DNA from: Paraspadella gotoi
Lineage: Eukaryota; Animalia; Chaetognatha
Length of the DNA: 64,000 nt
Assembly: GCA_051294375.1 (NCBI GenBank)
Contig: CM119269.1
Coordinates: 15,844,711 to 15,908,710 of the forward strand
Reading direction: 5' to 3'
In this document: one piece after another, positions 13,679 through 26,250 of the stretch
Position numbering within the stretch: the stretch's first letter is position 1
How the letters are laid out: every line of letters starts with the position of its first letter
Made by a program: the position numbers and the translations under genes
The notes under the pieces: model-generated
The model's database searches: none
Seen by the model: the letters and a program-made list of their open reading frames with translations, nothing else
Told to the model about the DNA's origin: nothing

Positions 13679-14488
13679 CACAATTAAAATACCGCCATCG
13701 CTCTTCCTAGATACGTCACTGACTCCCCAACCAAGTCCGTCTCGAGCTACGAAGAATTCTACGGCAGCCTCAACGTGACTGGGGGCCTCTGCCGTGTCAA
13801 CGCCAACGCCAACAGCGCCACGAGCTCCGCCAACGCCGCCAACTCGACCGCCAATGCCATCTACCCTCGCTACACTCCTTCCCCTGAATCGTTGGACTAC
13901 CTTCGCCACGCCCACCCTAATCCCCACCCTCGCTCCACTCCCGAACCCCAATCGCTTTACCAATCGGCGTCCGACTCTCCCTCGCTGGAGCTGCTCCGCC
14001 CCGGCGAGATGTTCCTGCGGCGTAGTCCTCCGTCTCCGCTGGATCTGCTGGCGCCGCCGCTACCGACGCCGTCGCCGCTGGCCGCGCTTCCGTTGGCGCC
14101 GCTCTCTTCGTTGGCGGCGACGTCGCCCCTAGCGCCGGTAGTCCTGGCGGCGCCGCCGTTCCTCGTGCCTTCGTCTTCCGGCGTCGTTGTGGACTATGGG
14201 CGCCGGACGGACGACGGGCGGCGTCGTCGGCGCCGAGAGACGCTGATGGACGACATCGGCTGCCTCCCACCGCAGGCGTCGGACGAGGAGGACGCGCGAG
14301 GCGGCGTCGAGGGCGTCATCGAAACAGCGCCACCGCCGCCCCGGGGATGGGGCGTGGCCGAGAATTACGAGGCGTCGCCGGAGATTTATTATTACGAGAC
14401 GGAACTTCGATCGCCGATGCCTTCGCCGCATCCGGCGGGAGAATACACATCCTTCATGTCGTCGCCCTCTCCGCCGCCGCCGCAGTGA
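46..14488 (+). CDS. sol-1: SOL-1 (suppressor of lurcher)-like CUB-domain auxiliary subunit of ionotropic glutamate receptors: CUB repeats, LDLa, TM helix, long cytoplasmic tail; 5' end lies upstream of the window
   Basis: Hand-spliced GT-AG exons at about 46-160, 1090-1273, 1930-2083, 3284-3428, 4435-4641, 5013-5110, 5369-5569, 6647-6756, 7909-8002, 8337-8463, 10160-10386, 11109-11206, 12517-12632, 13079-13354, 13711-14488. Peptides: RGF..YQFSHRFVDLSFI..HIRGT|ECDQRILSTGESNGTLTSPNYPG, EYGVPGT..CVFRYNSGSQKTGGLNSPRHPGLYP, CGGNLSY..GGVITSPSYP, LDLa CPPNFFLCKASRQCIYKRLVCDGVVQCG..DESDE..C, TM WVPAMVSVIVAVVVVVFLAFCLW. These resemble insect SOL-1 as I remember it. About 3 single-base indels are needed (exons at 46, 4435, 10160), probably sequencing errors. 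Confidence 0.82.
3950..4430. repeat. (CT)n microsatellite array with a repeated CCATTCACCTATCCC..CACCCCTCGCCCCGCCC unit; similar (CT)/(GA) arrays at 6356, 9250-9500, 11770-12110, 13620, 26170, 45735, 49160, 60360-60850
   Basis: Directly visible; these arrays generate the poly-SL and poly-ER ORFs in the track. Confidence 0.95.
6810..7140. repeat. AT-rich minisatellite of degenerate 7-bp units (TTTAAAA/TTTGAAA/TTAAGAG)
   Basis: Visible tandem array; resumes briefly at about 7815-7860. Confidence 0.9.
8749..8998 (+). mobile_element. 250-bp structured insertion (divergent family) with TGTGGCAA...TTGCCATA ends and imperfect 4-bp TSD (ACCG/ACTG)
   Basis: Same termini and near-identical length as the elements at 47453 and 59494; GC-rich island in an AT-rich intron; several hairpins. 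Confidence 0.7.
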
Positions 14489-15949
14489 GAGTCGGCAGTG
14501 TTAGAAGCCTAAGCAGCATCCGCAGCGTCAGCAGCGTCCGCAGCGTCTGATGCGTCAGCAGCGTCTGCAGCGCCGACAATATTCGTTTGCAGGGTAGCGT
14601 CTTCGAGATTTGTCTCCTCCATCCCTGGGTGCTGTCTGTCTAATCGTAACATGTTGTCAATGTCGGGATAAAAATCAGTTTCCTTTTTATTTCGTGAATC
14701 GAAATCTAATGTTTATTTCCAGCTGTTGATCTGACAAATCATTATAATGGATTAATGCATAGATAAACTGTTTATTGAAGTAACATACGGAAAACTACTT
14801 CCGGGAGCAAATTTTTTTTTATAGAATTAGGTAATCTTTTTTTGTAACAGAAAATGCCCTTTACACTACCGATAAAAACTATAAAAAGAGTTAAGGCTTA
14901 AGAATTGAGTCGGGGTCTGTTTCCAAAATAAGAAGGTCACTCGTTTTACTTCCACGGTGCCACCCTTTCCTTCGAGATTTACGGGATTCAACCGGCGCGA
15001 ACTTTTTCGCGTCTCCCTCTGACACCCTTTTTATTCGCGCCATCAAAGATCGCGCCGACCCAGGCAAATCAGGGACTTTTTCCTTTAGGTCAGTCGCCCC
15101 GCCATTTTATTGTTGTTTTGGTACTAAAAACGGGAGTTCAAGACTCTGTGACGCTTTTTTTTTCCCCGGTATTCGCTCAAAATAGCGTTTAAAAAAAAAT
15201 CGAAAAAATCCCGTTTTTTTGTTCGTGCGTTGTTACCTTTAAATGTTTGAGTTTAACTATAAAACGACTTCAGTCCTATTAAGAAAAGAATGCGAAATGA
15301 TAAATGATAAAAGGTTTCCGTCGTCACTACGGAGAGGAAACGTTGAAACTTTTTTTTTAACATTTACATTCGTTGTCGTATGATGATTGGCTTTTTGTTT
15401 CTACGCTCCCTATTCGCTATTGATTCTCGATATTAATGTTTCGAAAAACGTTCTTTTGGTTTTATTTACCGTTGTTGTCCTTTTGGTACTTAATTTTTTT
15501 CTGATACGATGACCGTTTATCAAAATACAAAGAAAATACAAATGTTTTGGTAATTGTTTTTATTTGAACAAGACTTCGATAAAGGTAGTGAAATAATCTT
15601 TATCTGGAATAAATTTTTTTATTAAAATTTTAGTTTACAAGATCACGATTTACCTGAATCCATTCACATAAGTCATTTGTATTAAACAATTTCATGAGAA
15701 AATGGTAATGATAATAATAATATAATAATGAGAATCTCGCACGTTCTTTTGTTGTTCGTTTTAATTAAGGATTACGTGATGGCCTTTTGAATAAAAACTT
15801 TGAAAACAAAATGACATCATATAATTTTTTAAGAATCTTTGATGTCGATAAAACAAGGAACGGTTATTCCAAGGGTGTTGCACCGCATTACTTTTTACTT
15901 ATCATATCATTTATTCCTTATAATTTATAAGATTTTTTTAAAAATAAAA

Positions 15950-16100
15950 GGCGGCGCCAGTAGTCGCTTAGATTTGATTTTTAACAAATGAGCAACAAAC
16001 TATAGGTAAGTTATAATCGTTTTTAACGTAAGTGGGACAGACCGATAGACAAACATACCGACGGACCGACGAACCGACCGACCGAAAAGTGACTAAAAAA
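15950..16100. mobile_element. Remnant of a Helentron/HINE (DINE-1-like) non-autonomous element
   Basis: GACC/GACA/GACG microsatellite followed by AAAGTGACTAAAAAA, similar to the better copy at 52480-52695; duplicated at about 22480-22640. Confidence 0.45.
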
Positions 16101-18419
16101 TACTAAAAAATACTAGAATTACCTTAAATCATATCTATATTACAAATTATTTATTATTTATAAATATTAAAAAACAAAAACCTCGAGTCTTCGAATATCA
16201 ATATATCAAAACAATTCATGACAATATTTTAAATGCAAAAAGCAAAGTAATCCTGGCTTCGATCATTTGTGCCAGAATTGCGTAGTTGAGTACAAGAAGG
16301 TAAAAAATAACTATGAGAAGTGTGTATGGGTAGAAGGTCGCGTGCTTTTCCTGTCTCCCTTAACTACTATAGGCTTTTCAAATGAAATTTACGTTACCAG
16401 AAGAAAGCCCACAAGCAACGATGAAGAAATAAACCTTCCCAATGGCTAAGTTTCGACTAAAGAAGATTTACAGCAATTTTTGCGATTTGAGGCAAATTTA
16501 TGAAAGTTGAAATTATATGCTAATGTAACTAAAGAAAGGAAGTTGCGTTAGACGACGAAAAACAAATTAAAAACTAAATTCCTGGTCGAAGAAACTCAAG
16601 AAAAGAGACTCCAGTTGGAAAAAAAGCAAATTCCTAAATTGAGAAAAAGCAAACTGAAGATGAGATGACGGTTAAGTCTTTGGCAATATTTATTCTTTTT
16701 TTTTTTGGTAAACATATCATAACATTCTTTTAAAAATAACTTTTTGGGTCAGTGATTTAAAAAAAATGTTTTCATTATTACTATGTTATCTATGATTTTT
16801 CAGTTATTTTTTGTGGCCAAACTAAATTATTTTGTTATTAATCAAATCTTGAATATTTCAAGTTAACCCTAAAATAAAGCGTTTTTTTTCTAAAAGGTAG
16901 GTTTCTGGGTTTTTTTTCACGAATTACGTCTCCCGATAGACTTAATTTTTATTTTTGGTATTGAAGCTTCAACGAGAACGACGCCGAGAGTCGATTACCT
17001 TCTCATTGGTCGCCTCGCTCCCCAAAGACGGGCTCGGATTGGCTAGTCTTCGATGAGGATACAACGATTCACTAAAAACCCGCAATGACCGAATTCTTTG
17101 GCCGCTTTTCCCATTTTCAGGGTCTATTCCCCCCTCAATTCACCCCCCCACAACCCCAAACAAACCAAACTCACAATTGTCTCAGTTTTTTTTGAAAAAA
17201 TAGCTCAACTAGAAATTTGTCAATAACGCGACATTATACTTTACATCATATTGAATAAAACATCTTTTACTTAATTATTTTTTTTTTAATTTTCTTATTT
17301 TATAAAAAAAAAACAATATTGGTGGTCGTGCATATTTTATAGGCCTTACAGTTTTTACAAACAAGCGTCAGCGTATATTTAAAAATTTAAAATCTTTATC
17401 AATATGTAATCAAACCAAAAAAAAGTTTGCAACAAAAATTGTACAAATTCTTTTCAAAACTTTCGCCTTTCACAGAAGTTATAAAAAAAATCGCTTTATT
17501 GATTTTTTACTTTAGAGATTTTTTTATTTGGCGCCTTTCGGAGATGATCCTCTGTTTAAATGTATTTAAACTCCTGGCGATTCCCTGGGAATCGTTTTAG
17601 GATTTTGGCGAACCTATTTTTCGACGAATTTTACAGTTTCCTGTAATTCCATTTTTTTCTCATGACGAGGCTACTTTCGACTACAATGACCTTTTCCGGG
17701 GTCTGGTTTATGGTTGGTGTCATTCACTAATAATGAAGAAAGCTCATATCATTACTATTTTAACTTTCTTTTAAAAAACTAGCAATCAATGCTACTTATT
17801 TAACAAGCATGAGTTAATTAACTTACCTATCATTTCCTTTCGATCATTTTCCCATTGTTTCCTTCTTTATCTTTCTTCCCCATTCTCCTCCACTTTCTTA
17901 TTTCTTTTCCTCTTCCCTACAGCTCTTCCTCCTCTCCCTTCCCTTAACCTCACCTTTCCATCCTTCCCCCTCTCCTCCCTACCCCACCCACACCTCCTTC
18001 TCCTCCGCTATAGACTTACCTTTCTCAAGTCCCGAAGGTAAAAGGTGAGGCCGCATTTTTTTTCTTCTCTTTTTTTCTCTTCTCTTTATTCGCGATTCGG
18101 CGCGAATTTCTTTTCTCTCTCTCTCTCTCACTTTTTTTTTAATTCTTTCGATGTAACAAAGAAAAATAAAACCTAGAGTTTTTACCTCCGTTTGATTTGG
18201 TAAACAAAAGAAAAAATAACATTTTTACCAAATTTGAATAAAATCGGAAAAAAATTCTTTAAAAAAAAATGTCAACAAACTTTGTGGTCTCTGGATTTTT
18301 TATTTTAAAGTTTTCGATGGAAATGGTGTAAGAAAATACAAATTAGAATATTTAATTTGAATAAACTAATAAAAACGGCCTCATTAAAAAAAAAAAACAA
18401 CGATGCGCCCCCGATAAAG

Positions 18420-20138
18420 ATGTCGCTTTTACGTCGCCTCGATGAAGGCTTTCGAGAGCCGGGTGCCAACCCGAGACGAAACTCCAACACCTCCAAAAGA
18501 TATTCGTCGGAAATGAACGACGCCGCTCTCGACTCAAAATCGGCGTCGTTTTTGGCAACTCGTCCTCGGCGTCGAATCTTCCTCTTCCTCCTCGTCCTCG
18601 GCTACTCTCTGATTTTGGCGCCGGCTTCCGTCGACGGACTCGTAGTCCCGTCCGCCGGCGCGCCGCGGCGTGCTCCAGCCTTGACTTACCTCAATCCCTT
18701 TTCATCATCGGCTTTCGGTCGCGCGTCTTCGGGGTCTTCCATCTTGTGCTACACTTGCGGCGCGTTTGAACAGCAACCATGCAGCAATAGCAGCGAGGGA
18801 GATGGCGGAGGCGGCGTGGAAGGAGTCGGCGGCGACGATGGTACTGCCGCTGACGGACTTACCCTACCCCTGGTCGATTGCGAGGATCTCTGTTTCATTT
18901 CAGTCTCGCTCGAGGTGAGAGCCAAACAGTTTGGGTGGATCGGGATAAATAGTGAACATTAAAAAAAAAAGATCATCAAAAAAATGCACACAAAATCATC
19001 AAAGTATTGACATTCATTCCTCATCCCACCCAACTCCCAGTCCCAATCTTCCGTCCGTCGAGGCTGCGCCTCCGACGTCGCGGCCACGCCCACAACGCCC
19101 CGCCGCGCCGGCCACTGCGTCCGCAGCCTCGACGCCATCTGGTGCTTCTGCGGCGCCGCGGGCTGCAACGGCGCCGACGTCTTTCGTGTCCTCGAGGAGA
19201 GCGACGAGTGCGGACCCGACAACCCCTGCCGCAACGGTGGGCTCTGCGCCGACAGGGTCGCCGAGTTCGAATGCACCTGTCCCCAGGGATTCTACGGGGA
19301 CATGTGCGAGACGTTCGACGGGTGCCGGTCCGGCCCATGCCTCAACGCCGCCACCTGCGTCAATTTGGACATTCAGGTGTCGGGGGAGATGAGACGGAGT
19401 CAAGGGGATCGATGTTCAATTTATTTTATTTTATTTTATTTTNNNNNNNNNNNNNNTAACGAGCAAGTCTTATTAAAGGGTAGATAACATCTTAGTACAA
19501 AAGGGTGTCTTTCGTGAATGAGACTTGGAAAAATCCTTCGGTCCATCGATTGAAAGCCGTCCAATCATCCAGCCAATCAGCGAATCGGATCTCGAATAAA
19601 TCGGGTCTTTTCATTCTTTATCCGAGCTTAAAAAAAAGGACACTTGAGGTCAAACCTGAATAAAAGCTTCACCAAAGCGAGAAAGGCCGCGCGATGAATC
19701 ATCTGGCATTTATTGTTGCATGGTAAAAGGTTCGATGAATTTCAAAAAGGGTTTTTGTGCTGAATTTTGATTCGAACAAAAGTGAACAAAAGAAATCACC
19801 CATCGCCATCCGATGATTGGCGGGGGGCGGGGAAATGTTAATATTAAATAGAAAGTTCAAACAGAGAAAGTTCGCTTGAAATAAAAGAGATTGATCTTTA
19901 TTAATTCGATTTTTGATTCGAAGAGAAAACAAAGTTTCTTTTTTTTACAAACAATATTTTTTTTTAATCAGCGCTTAAATAAAAGTTGCTATTTGAAATG
20001 TTGGNNNNNNNNNNNNNNNNNNNNNNNNNGAGGGAAATAGCAATTCGTTTGTAAATTACAAAATTGCACTGATGTAATTGAGTACTGTTAAATTAGATGG
20101 CGTGCGATGACGGGGGAGAGGGGAGGGAGAGAGAGAGA

Positions 20139-20221
<83 letters not shown>

Positions 20222-23200
20222 CAATTAAAATACCGCCATCGCCTTCCTAGATACGTCACTGACTCCCCAACCAAGTCCGTCTCGAGCTACGAAAATTCTA
20301 CGGCAGCCTCAACGTGACTGGGGCCTCTGCCGTGTCAACGCCAACGCCAACAGCGCCACGAGCTCCGCCAACGCCGCCAACTCGACCGCACATGCCATTA
20401 CCCTCGCTACACTCCTTCCCCTGAATCGTTGGACTACCTTCCGCCACGCCCACCCTAATCCCCACCCTCGCTCCACTCCCGAACCCCAATCGCTTTACCA
20501 ATCGGCGTCCGACTCTCCCTCGCGAGCTGCTCCGCCCCGGCGAGATGTTCCTGCGGCGTAGTCCTCCGTCTCCGCTGGATCTGCTGGCGCCGCCGCTACC
20601 GACGCCGTCGCCGCTGGCCGCGCTTCCGTTGGCGCCGCTCTCTTCGTTGGCGGCGACGTCGCCCTAGCGCCGGTAGTCCTGGCGGCGCCGCCGTTCTCGT
20701 GCCTTCGTCTTCCGGCGTCGTTGTGGACTATGGGCGCCGGACGGACGACGGGCGGCGTCGTCGGCGCCGAGAGACGCTGATGGACGACATCGGCTGCCTC
20801 CCACCGAGGCGTCGGACGAGGAGGACGCGCGAGGCGGCGTCGAGGGCGTCATCAGAAACAGCGCCACCGCCGCCTCGGGATGGGGCGTGGCCGAGAATTA
20901 CAAGGCGTCGCCGGAGATTTATTATTACGAGACGGAACTTCGATCGCCGATGCCTTCGCCGCATCGGCGGGAGAATACACATCCTTCATGTCGTCGCCCT
21001 CTCCGCCGCCGCCGAGTGAGAGTCGGCAGTGTTAGAAGCCTAAGCAGCATCCGCAGCGGTCAGCAGCGTCCGCAGCGTCTGATGCGTCAGCAGCGTCTGC
21101 AGCGCGACAATATTCGTTTGCAGGGTAGCGTCTTCGAGATTTGTCTCCTCCATCCCTGGGGGCTGTCTGTCTATCGTAACATGCTGTCAATGTCGGATAA
21201 AATCAGTTTCCTTTTATTTCGTGAATCGAATCTAATGTTTATTTCCAGCTGTTGATCTGACAAATCATTATAAGATTAATGCATAGATAAACTGTTTATT
21301 GAAGTAACATACGGAAAACTACTTCCGGGAGCAAATTTTTTTTATAGAATTAGGTAATCTTTTTTTGTAACAGAAAATGCCTTTACACTACCGATAAAAA
21401 CTATAAAAAGAGTTAAGGCTTAAGAATTGGGTCGGGGTCTGTTTCCAAAATAAGAAGGTCACTCGTTTTACTTCCACGGTGCCACCCTTTCCCTCGTGAT
21501 TTACGGGATTCAACCGGCGCGAACTTTTTCGCGTCTCCCTCTGACACCCTTTTTATTCGCGCCATCAAAAGATCGCGCCGACCCAGGCAAATCAGGGACT
21601 TTTTCCTTTAGGTCAGTCGCCCCGCCATTTTATTGTTGTTTTGGTACTAAAAAACGGGAGTTCAAAGACTCTGTGACGCTTTTTTTCCCCCGGTATTCGC
21701 TCAAAATAGCGTTAAAAAAAAATCGAAAAAAATCCCGTTTTTTTTTCGTGCGTTTGTTACCTTTAAATGTTTGAGTTTAACTATAAAACGACTTCAGTCC
21801 TATTAAGAAAAGAATGCGAAATGATAAATGATAAAAGGTTTCCGTCGTCACTACGGAGAGGAAACGTTGAAACTTTTTTTTAACATTTACATTCGTTGTC
21901 GTATGATGATTGGCTTTTGTTTTCTACGCTCCCTATTCGCTATTGATTCTCGATATTAATGTTTCGAAAAACGTTCTTTTGGTTTTATTTACCGTTGTTG
22001 TCCTTTTGGTACTTAATTTTTTTCTGATACGATGACCGTTTATCAAAATACAAAGAAAATACAAATGTTTTGGTAATTGTTTTTATTTGAACAAGACTTC
22101 GATAAAGGTAGTGAAATAATCTTTATCTGGAATAATTTTTTTATTAAAATTTTAGTTTTACAAGATCACGATTTACCTGAATCCATTCACATAAGTCATT
22201 TGTATTAAACAATTTCATGAGAAAATGGTAATGATAATAATAATATAATAATGAGAATCTCGCACGTTCTTTTTGTTGTTCGTTTTAATTAAGGATTACG
22301 TGATGGCCTTTTGAATAAAAACTTTGAAAACAAAATGACATCATATAATTTTTTTAAGAATCTTTGATGTCGATAAAAACAAGGAACGGTTATTCCAAGG
22401 GTGTTGCACCGCATTACTTTTTACTTATCATATCGTTTATTCCTTATAGTTTATAAGATTTTTTTAAAAATAAAAAGGCCGGCGCCAGTAGTCCTTAGAT
22501 TGATTTTTAACAAATGAGCAACAAACTATAGGTAAGTCTATAATCGTTTTTAACGTAAGTGGGACAGACCGATAGGACAAACATACCGATGGACCGACGA
22601 ACCGACCGACCCGAAAAGTGACTAAAAAATACTAAAAAATACTAGAATTACCTTAAATCATATCTAATTATACAAATTTATTTATTATTATTAAATATTA
22701 AAAAACAAAAACCTTCGAGTCTCGAATAATCAATATATCAAAACAATTCATGACAAATATTTTAAATGCAAAAAGCAAAGTAATCCTGGCTTCGATCATT
22801 TGTGCCAGAATTGCGTAGTTGAGTACAAGAAGGTAAAAAAATAACTATGAGAAGTGTGTATGGGTAGAAGGTCGCGTGCTTTCCTGCTCTCCCTTAACTA
22901 CTATAGGCTTTTCAAATGAAATTTACTGTTACCAGAAGAAAGCCCACAAGCAACGATGAAGAAAATAAACCTTCCCAATGGCTAAGTTTCGACTAAAGAA
23001 GATTTTACAAGCAATTTTTGCGATTTGAGCAAATTTATGAAAGTTAAATTTATATGCTAATGTAACTAAAGAAAGGAAGTTGCGTTAGACGACGAAAAAC
23101 AAATTAAAAACTAAATTCCTGGTCGAAGAAACTCAAGAAAAGAGACTCCAGTTGGAAAAAAAGCAAATTCCTAAAATTGAGAAAAAGCAAACTGAAGATG

Positions 23201-26189
23201 AGATGACGGTTAAGTCTTTGGCAATATTTATTCTTTTTTTTTTTGGTAAACATATCATAACATTTTTTTTTAAAAATAACTTTTTGGGTCAGTGATTTTA
23301 AAAAAAATGTTTTCATTATTACTATGTTATCTAGATTTTTCAGTTATTTTTTGTGGCCAAACTAAATTATTTTGTTATTATACTAATATTTCAAGTTAAC
23401 CCTAAAATAAAGGTTTTTTTTTCTAAAAGGTAGGTTTCTGGGTTTTTTTTCACGAATTACGTCTCCCGATAGACTTAATTTTTATTTTTGTATTGAAGCT
23501 TCAACGAGAACGACGCCGAGAGTCGATTACCTTCTCATTGGTCGCCTCGCTCCCCAAAAGACGGGCTTCGGATGGCTAGTCTTCGATGAGATACAACGAT
23601 TCACTAAAAACACCGCAATGACCGAATTCTTTTGCCGCTTTTCCCATTTTCAGGGTCTATTCCCCCCTCAATTCACCCCCACAACCCCAAACAAACCAAA
23701 CTCACAATGTCTCAGTTTTTTTTGAAAAAATGGCTTCAATAGAAATTTGTCAAAACGCGACATTATACTTTACATCATATTGAATAAAAACATCTTTACT
23801 TAATTATTTTTTTTTAATTTTCTTATTTTTATAAAAAAACAAATATTGTGCCGTGCATATTTTATAGGCCTCAGTTTTTTACAAACAAGCGTCAGCGTAT
23901 ATTTAAAAATCTTTATCAATATGTAATCAAACCAAAAAAAAGTTTGCCAACAAAAATTGTACAAAATCTTTTTAAAACTTTCGGCCTTTCAAAAGTTATA
24001 AAAAAAAATCGCTTTATTGATTTTTTACTTTAGAATTTTTTTATTTGGACGCCTTTCGGAGATGATCCTCTGTTTAAATGTATTTAAACTCCTGGCGATT
24101 CCCTGGGAATCGTTTTTAGGATTTTGGCGAACCTATTTTTCGACGAATTTTACAGTTTCCTGTAATTCCATTTTTTTCTCATGACGGTACTTTCGACTAC
24201 AATGACCTTTTCCGGGGTCTGGTTTATTTGGTTGTGTTCATTCACTAATAATGAAGAAAGCTCATATCATTACTATTTTGAACTTTCTTTAAAAAACTAG
24301 CAATCAATGCTACTTATTTAACAAGCATGAGTTAATTAACTTACCTATCATTTCCTTTCGATCATTTTCCCATCGTTTCTCTTCTTTTCTTTCTTCCCCA
24401 TTCTCCTCTCACTTTCTTATTTCTTTTCCTCTTCCCACAGCTCTTCCTCCTCTCCCTTCCCTTAACCTCACCTCTTCCATCCTTCCCCCTCTTCCTCCCC
24501 TACCCCACCCACCACCTCCCTTCTCCTCCGCCATAGACTTACCTTTCTCAAGTCCCGAAGGTAAAAAGTGAGCGCCGCATTTTTTTTCTTCTCTTTTTTT
24601 CTCTTCTCTTTATTCGCGATTCGGCGCGAATTTCTTTCTCTCTCTCTCTCTCTCACTTTTTCTTTTAATTCTTTCGATTGTAACAAAGAAAAAAATAAAA
24701 CTAGAGTTTTTACCTCCGTTTGATTCGGTAAACAAAAGAAAAAAAAACATTTTTTACCAAATTTGAATAAAATCGGAAAAAAATCTTTAAAAAAAAAATG
24801 TCGACAAACTTTGTGGTCTTCTGATTTTTTTTTTAAAGTTTTCGATGGAAAATGGATGTAAGAAAATACAAATTAGAATATTTAATTTGAAAAAACTAAT
24901 AAAAACGGCCTCATTAAAAAAAGAACAACGATGCGCCCCCGATAAAGATGTCGCTTTTACGTCGCCTCGATGAAGGCTTTCGCAGAAGCCGGTGCCAACC
25001 CGAGACGAACTCCAACACCTCCAAAAGATATTCGTCGGAAATGAACGACGGCCGCTCTCGACTCAAAATCGGCGTCGTTTTTGGCAACTCGTCCTCGGCG
25101 GTCGAATCTTCCTCTTCCTCCTCGTCCTCGGCTACTCTCTGATTTTGGCGCCGGCTTCGTCGACGGACTCGTAGCCCGTCCGCCGGCGCGCCGCGGCGTG
25201 CTCCAGCCTATGCTACCTCAATCCCTTTCACATCTGCTTTCGGTTCGCGCGTCTTCGGGGTCTTCCATCTTGTGCTATCACTTGCGGCCGCGTTTGGAAC
25301 AGCAACCATGCAAGCAATAGCAGCGAGGGAGATGCGGAGGCCGCGTGGAAGGAGTCGGCGGAGCGACGATGGTACGCCGCTGACGGACTTACCCTACCCC
25401 TGGTCGATTGCGAGGATCTCTGTTTCATTTCAAGTCTCGCTCGAGGTGAGAGCACAAACAGTTTGGGTGGATCGCGGATAAATAAGTGAACATTTAAAAA
25501 AAAAAAGATCTCAAAAAATGCACACAAAATCATCAAAGTATTGACATTCATTCCTCATCCCACCAACTCCAGTCCCAATCTTCCGTCCGTCGAGCTGCGC
25601 CTTCCGACGTCGCGGCCACGCCCACAACGCCCCGCCGCGCCGGCCACTGCGTCCGCCAGCCTCGACGCCATCTCTGTGCTTCTGCGGCGCCGCGGGCTGC
25701 AACGGCGCCGACGTCTTTCGTGTCCTCGAGGAGAGCGACGATCGTGCGGACCCGACAAACCCCTGCCGCAAACGGTGGGCTCTGCCGCCGACAGCCGTCG
25801 CCGAGTTCGAATGCACCATGTCCCCAGGGATTCTTACGGGGACATGTTGCGAGACGCTTCGACGGGGCCGGTCCGGCCCATGCCTCAACGCCGCCACCCT
25901 GCGTCAATTTGGACATTCAGGTGTCGGGGGAGATGAGACGGAGTCAAGGGGATCGATGTTCAATTTATTTTATTTTATTTTTATTTTATTTTTTTTTTTT
26001 TTTCTTTTCTTTTCTTTCTTTTCTTTCTTTCTTTTCTTTTTCTTTTCTTTTCTTTCTTTTCTTTTCTTTTCTTTTTCTTTTCTTTTCTTTCTTTTCTTTC
26101 TTTTATTTTCTTTCTTTTCTTTTCTTTGTTGTTTGTTATTTCGTTTTTAAAATCTATTAATAAATCAAATTCTCTCTCTCTCTCTCTCT

Positions 26190-26250
<61 letters not shown>

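Noticed and set aside
20030-25980. Apparent tandem paralogue or pseudogene of the SOL-1 3' end and LU-EGF exons
   Set aside because: Differences are mostly 1-bp indels spread over exons and introns and the block starts at an N gap, the signature of an unpolished long read.
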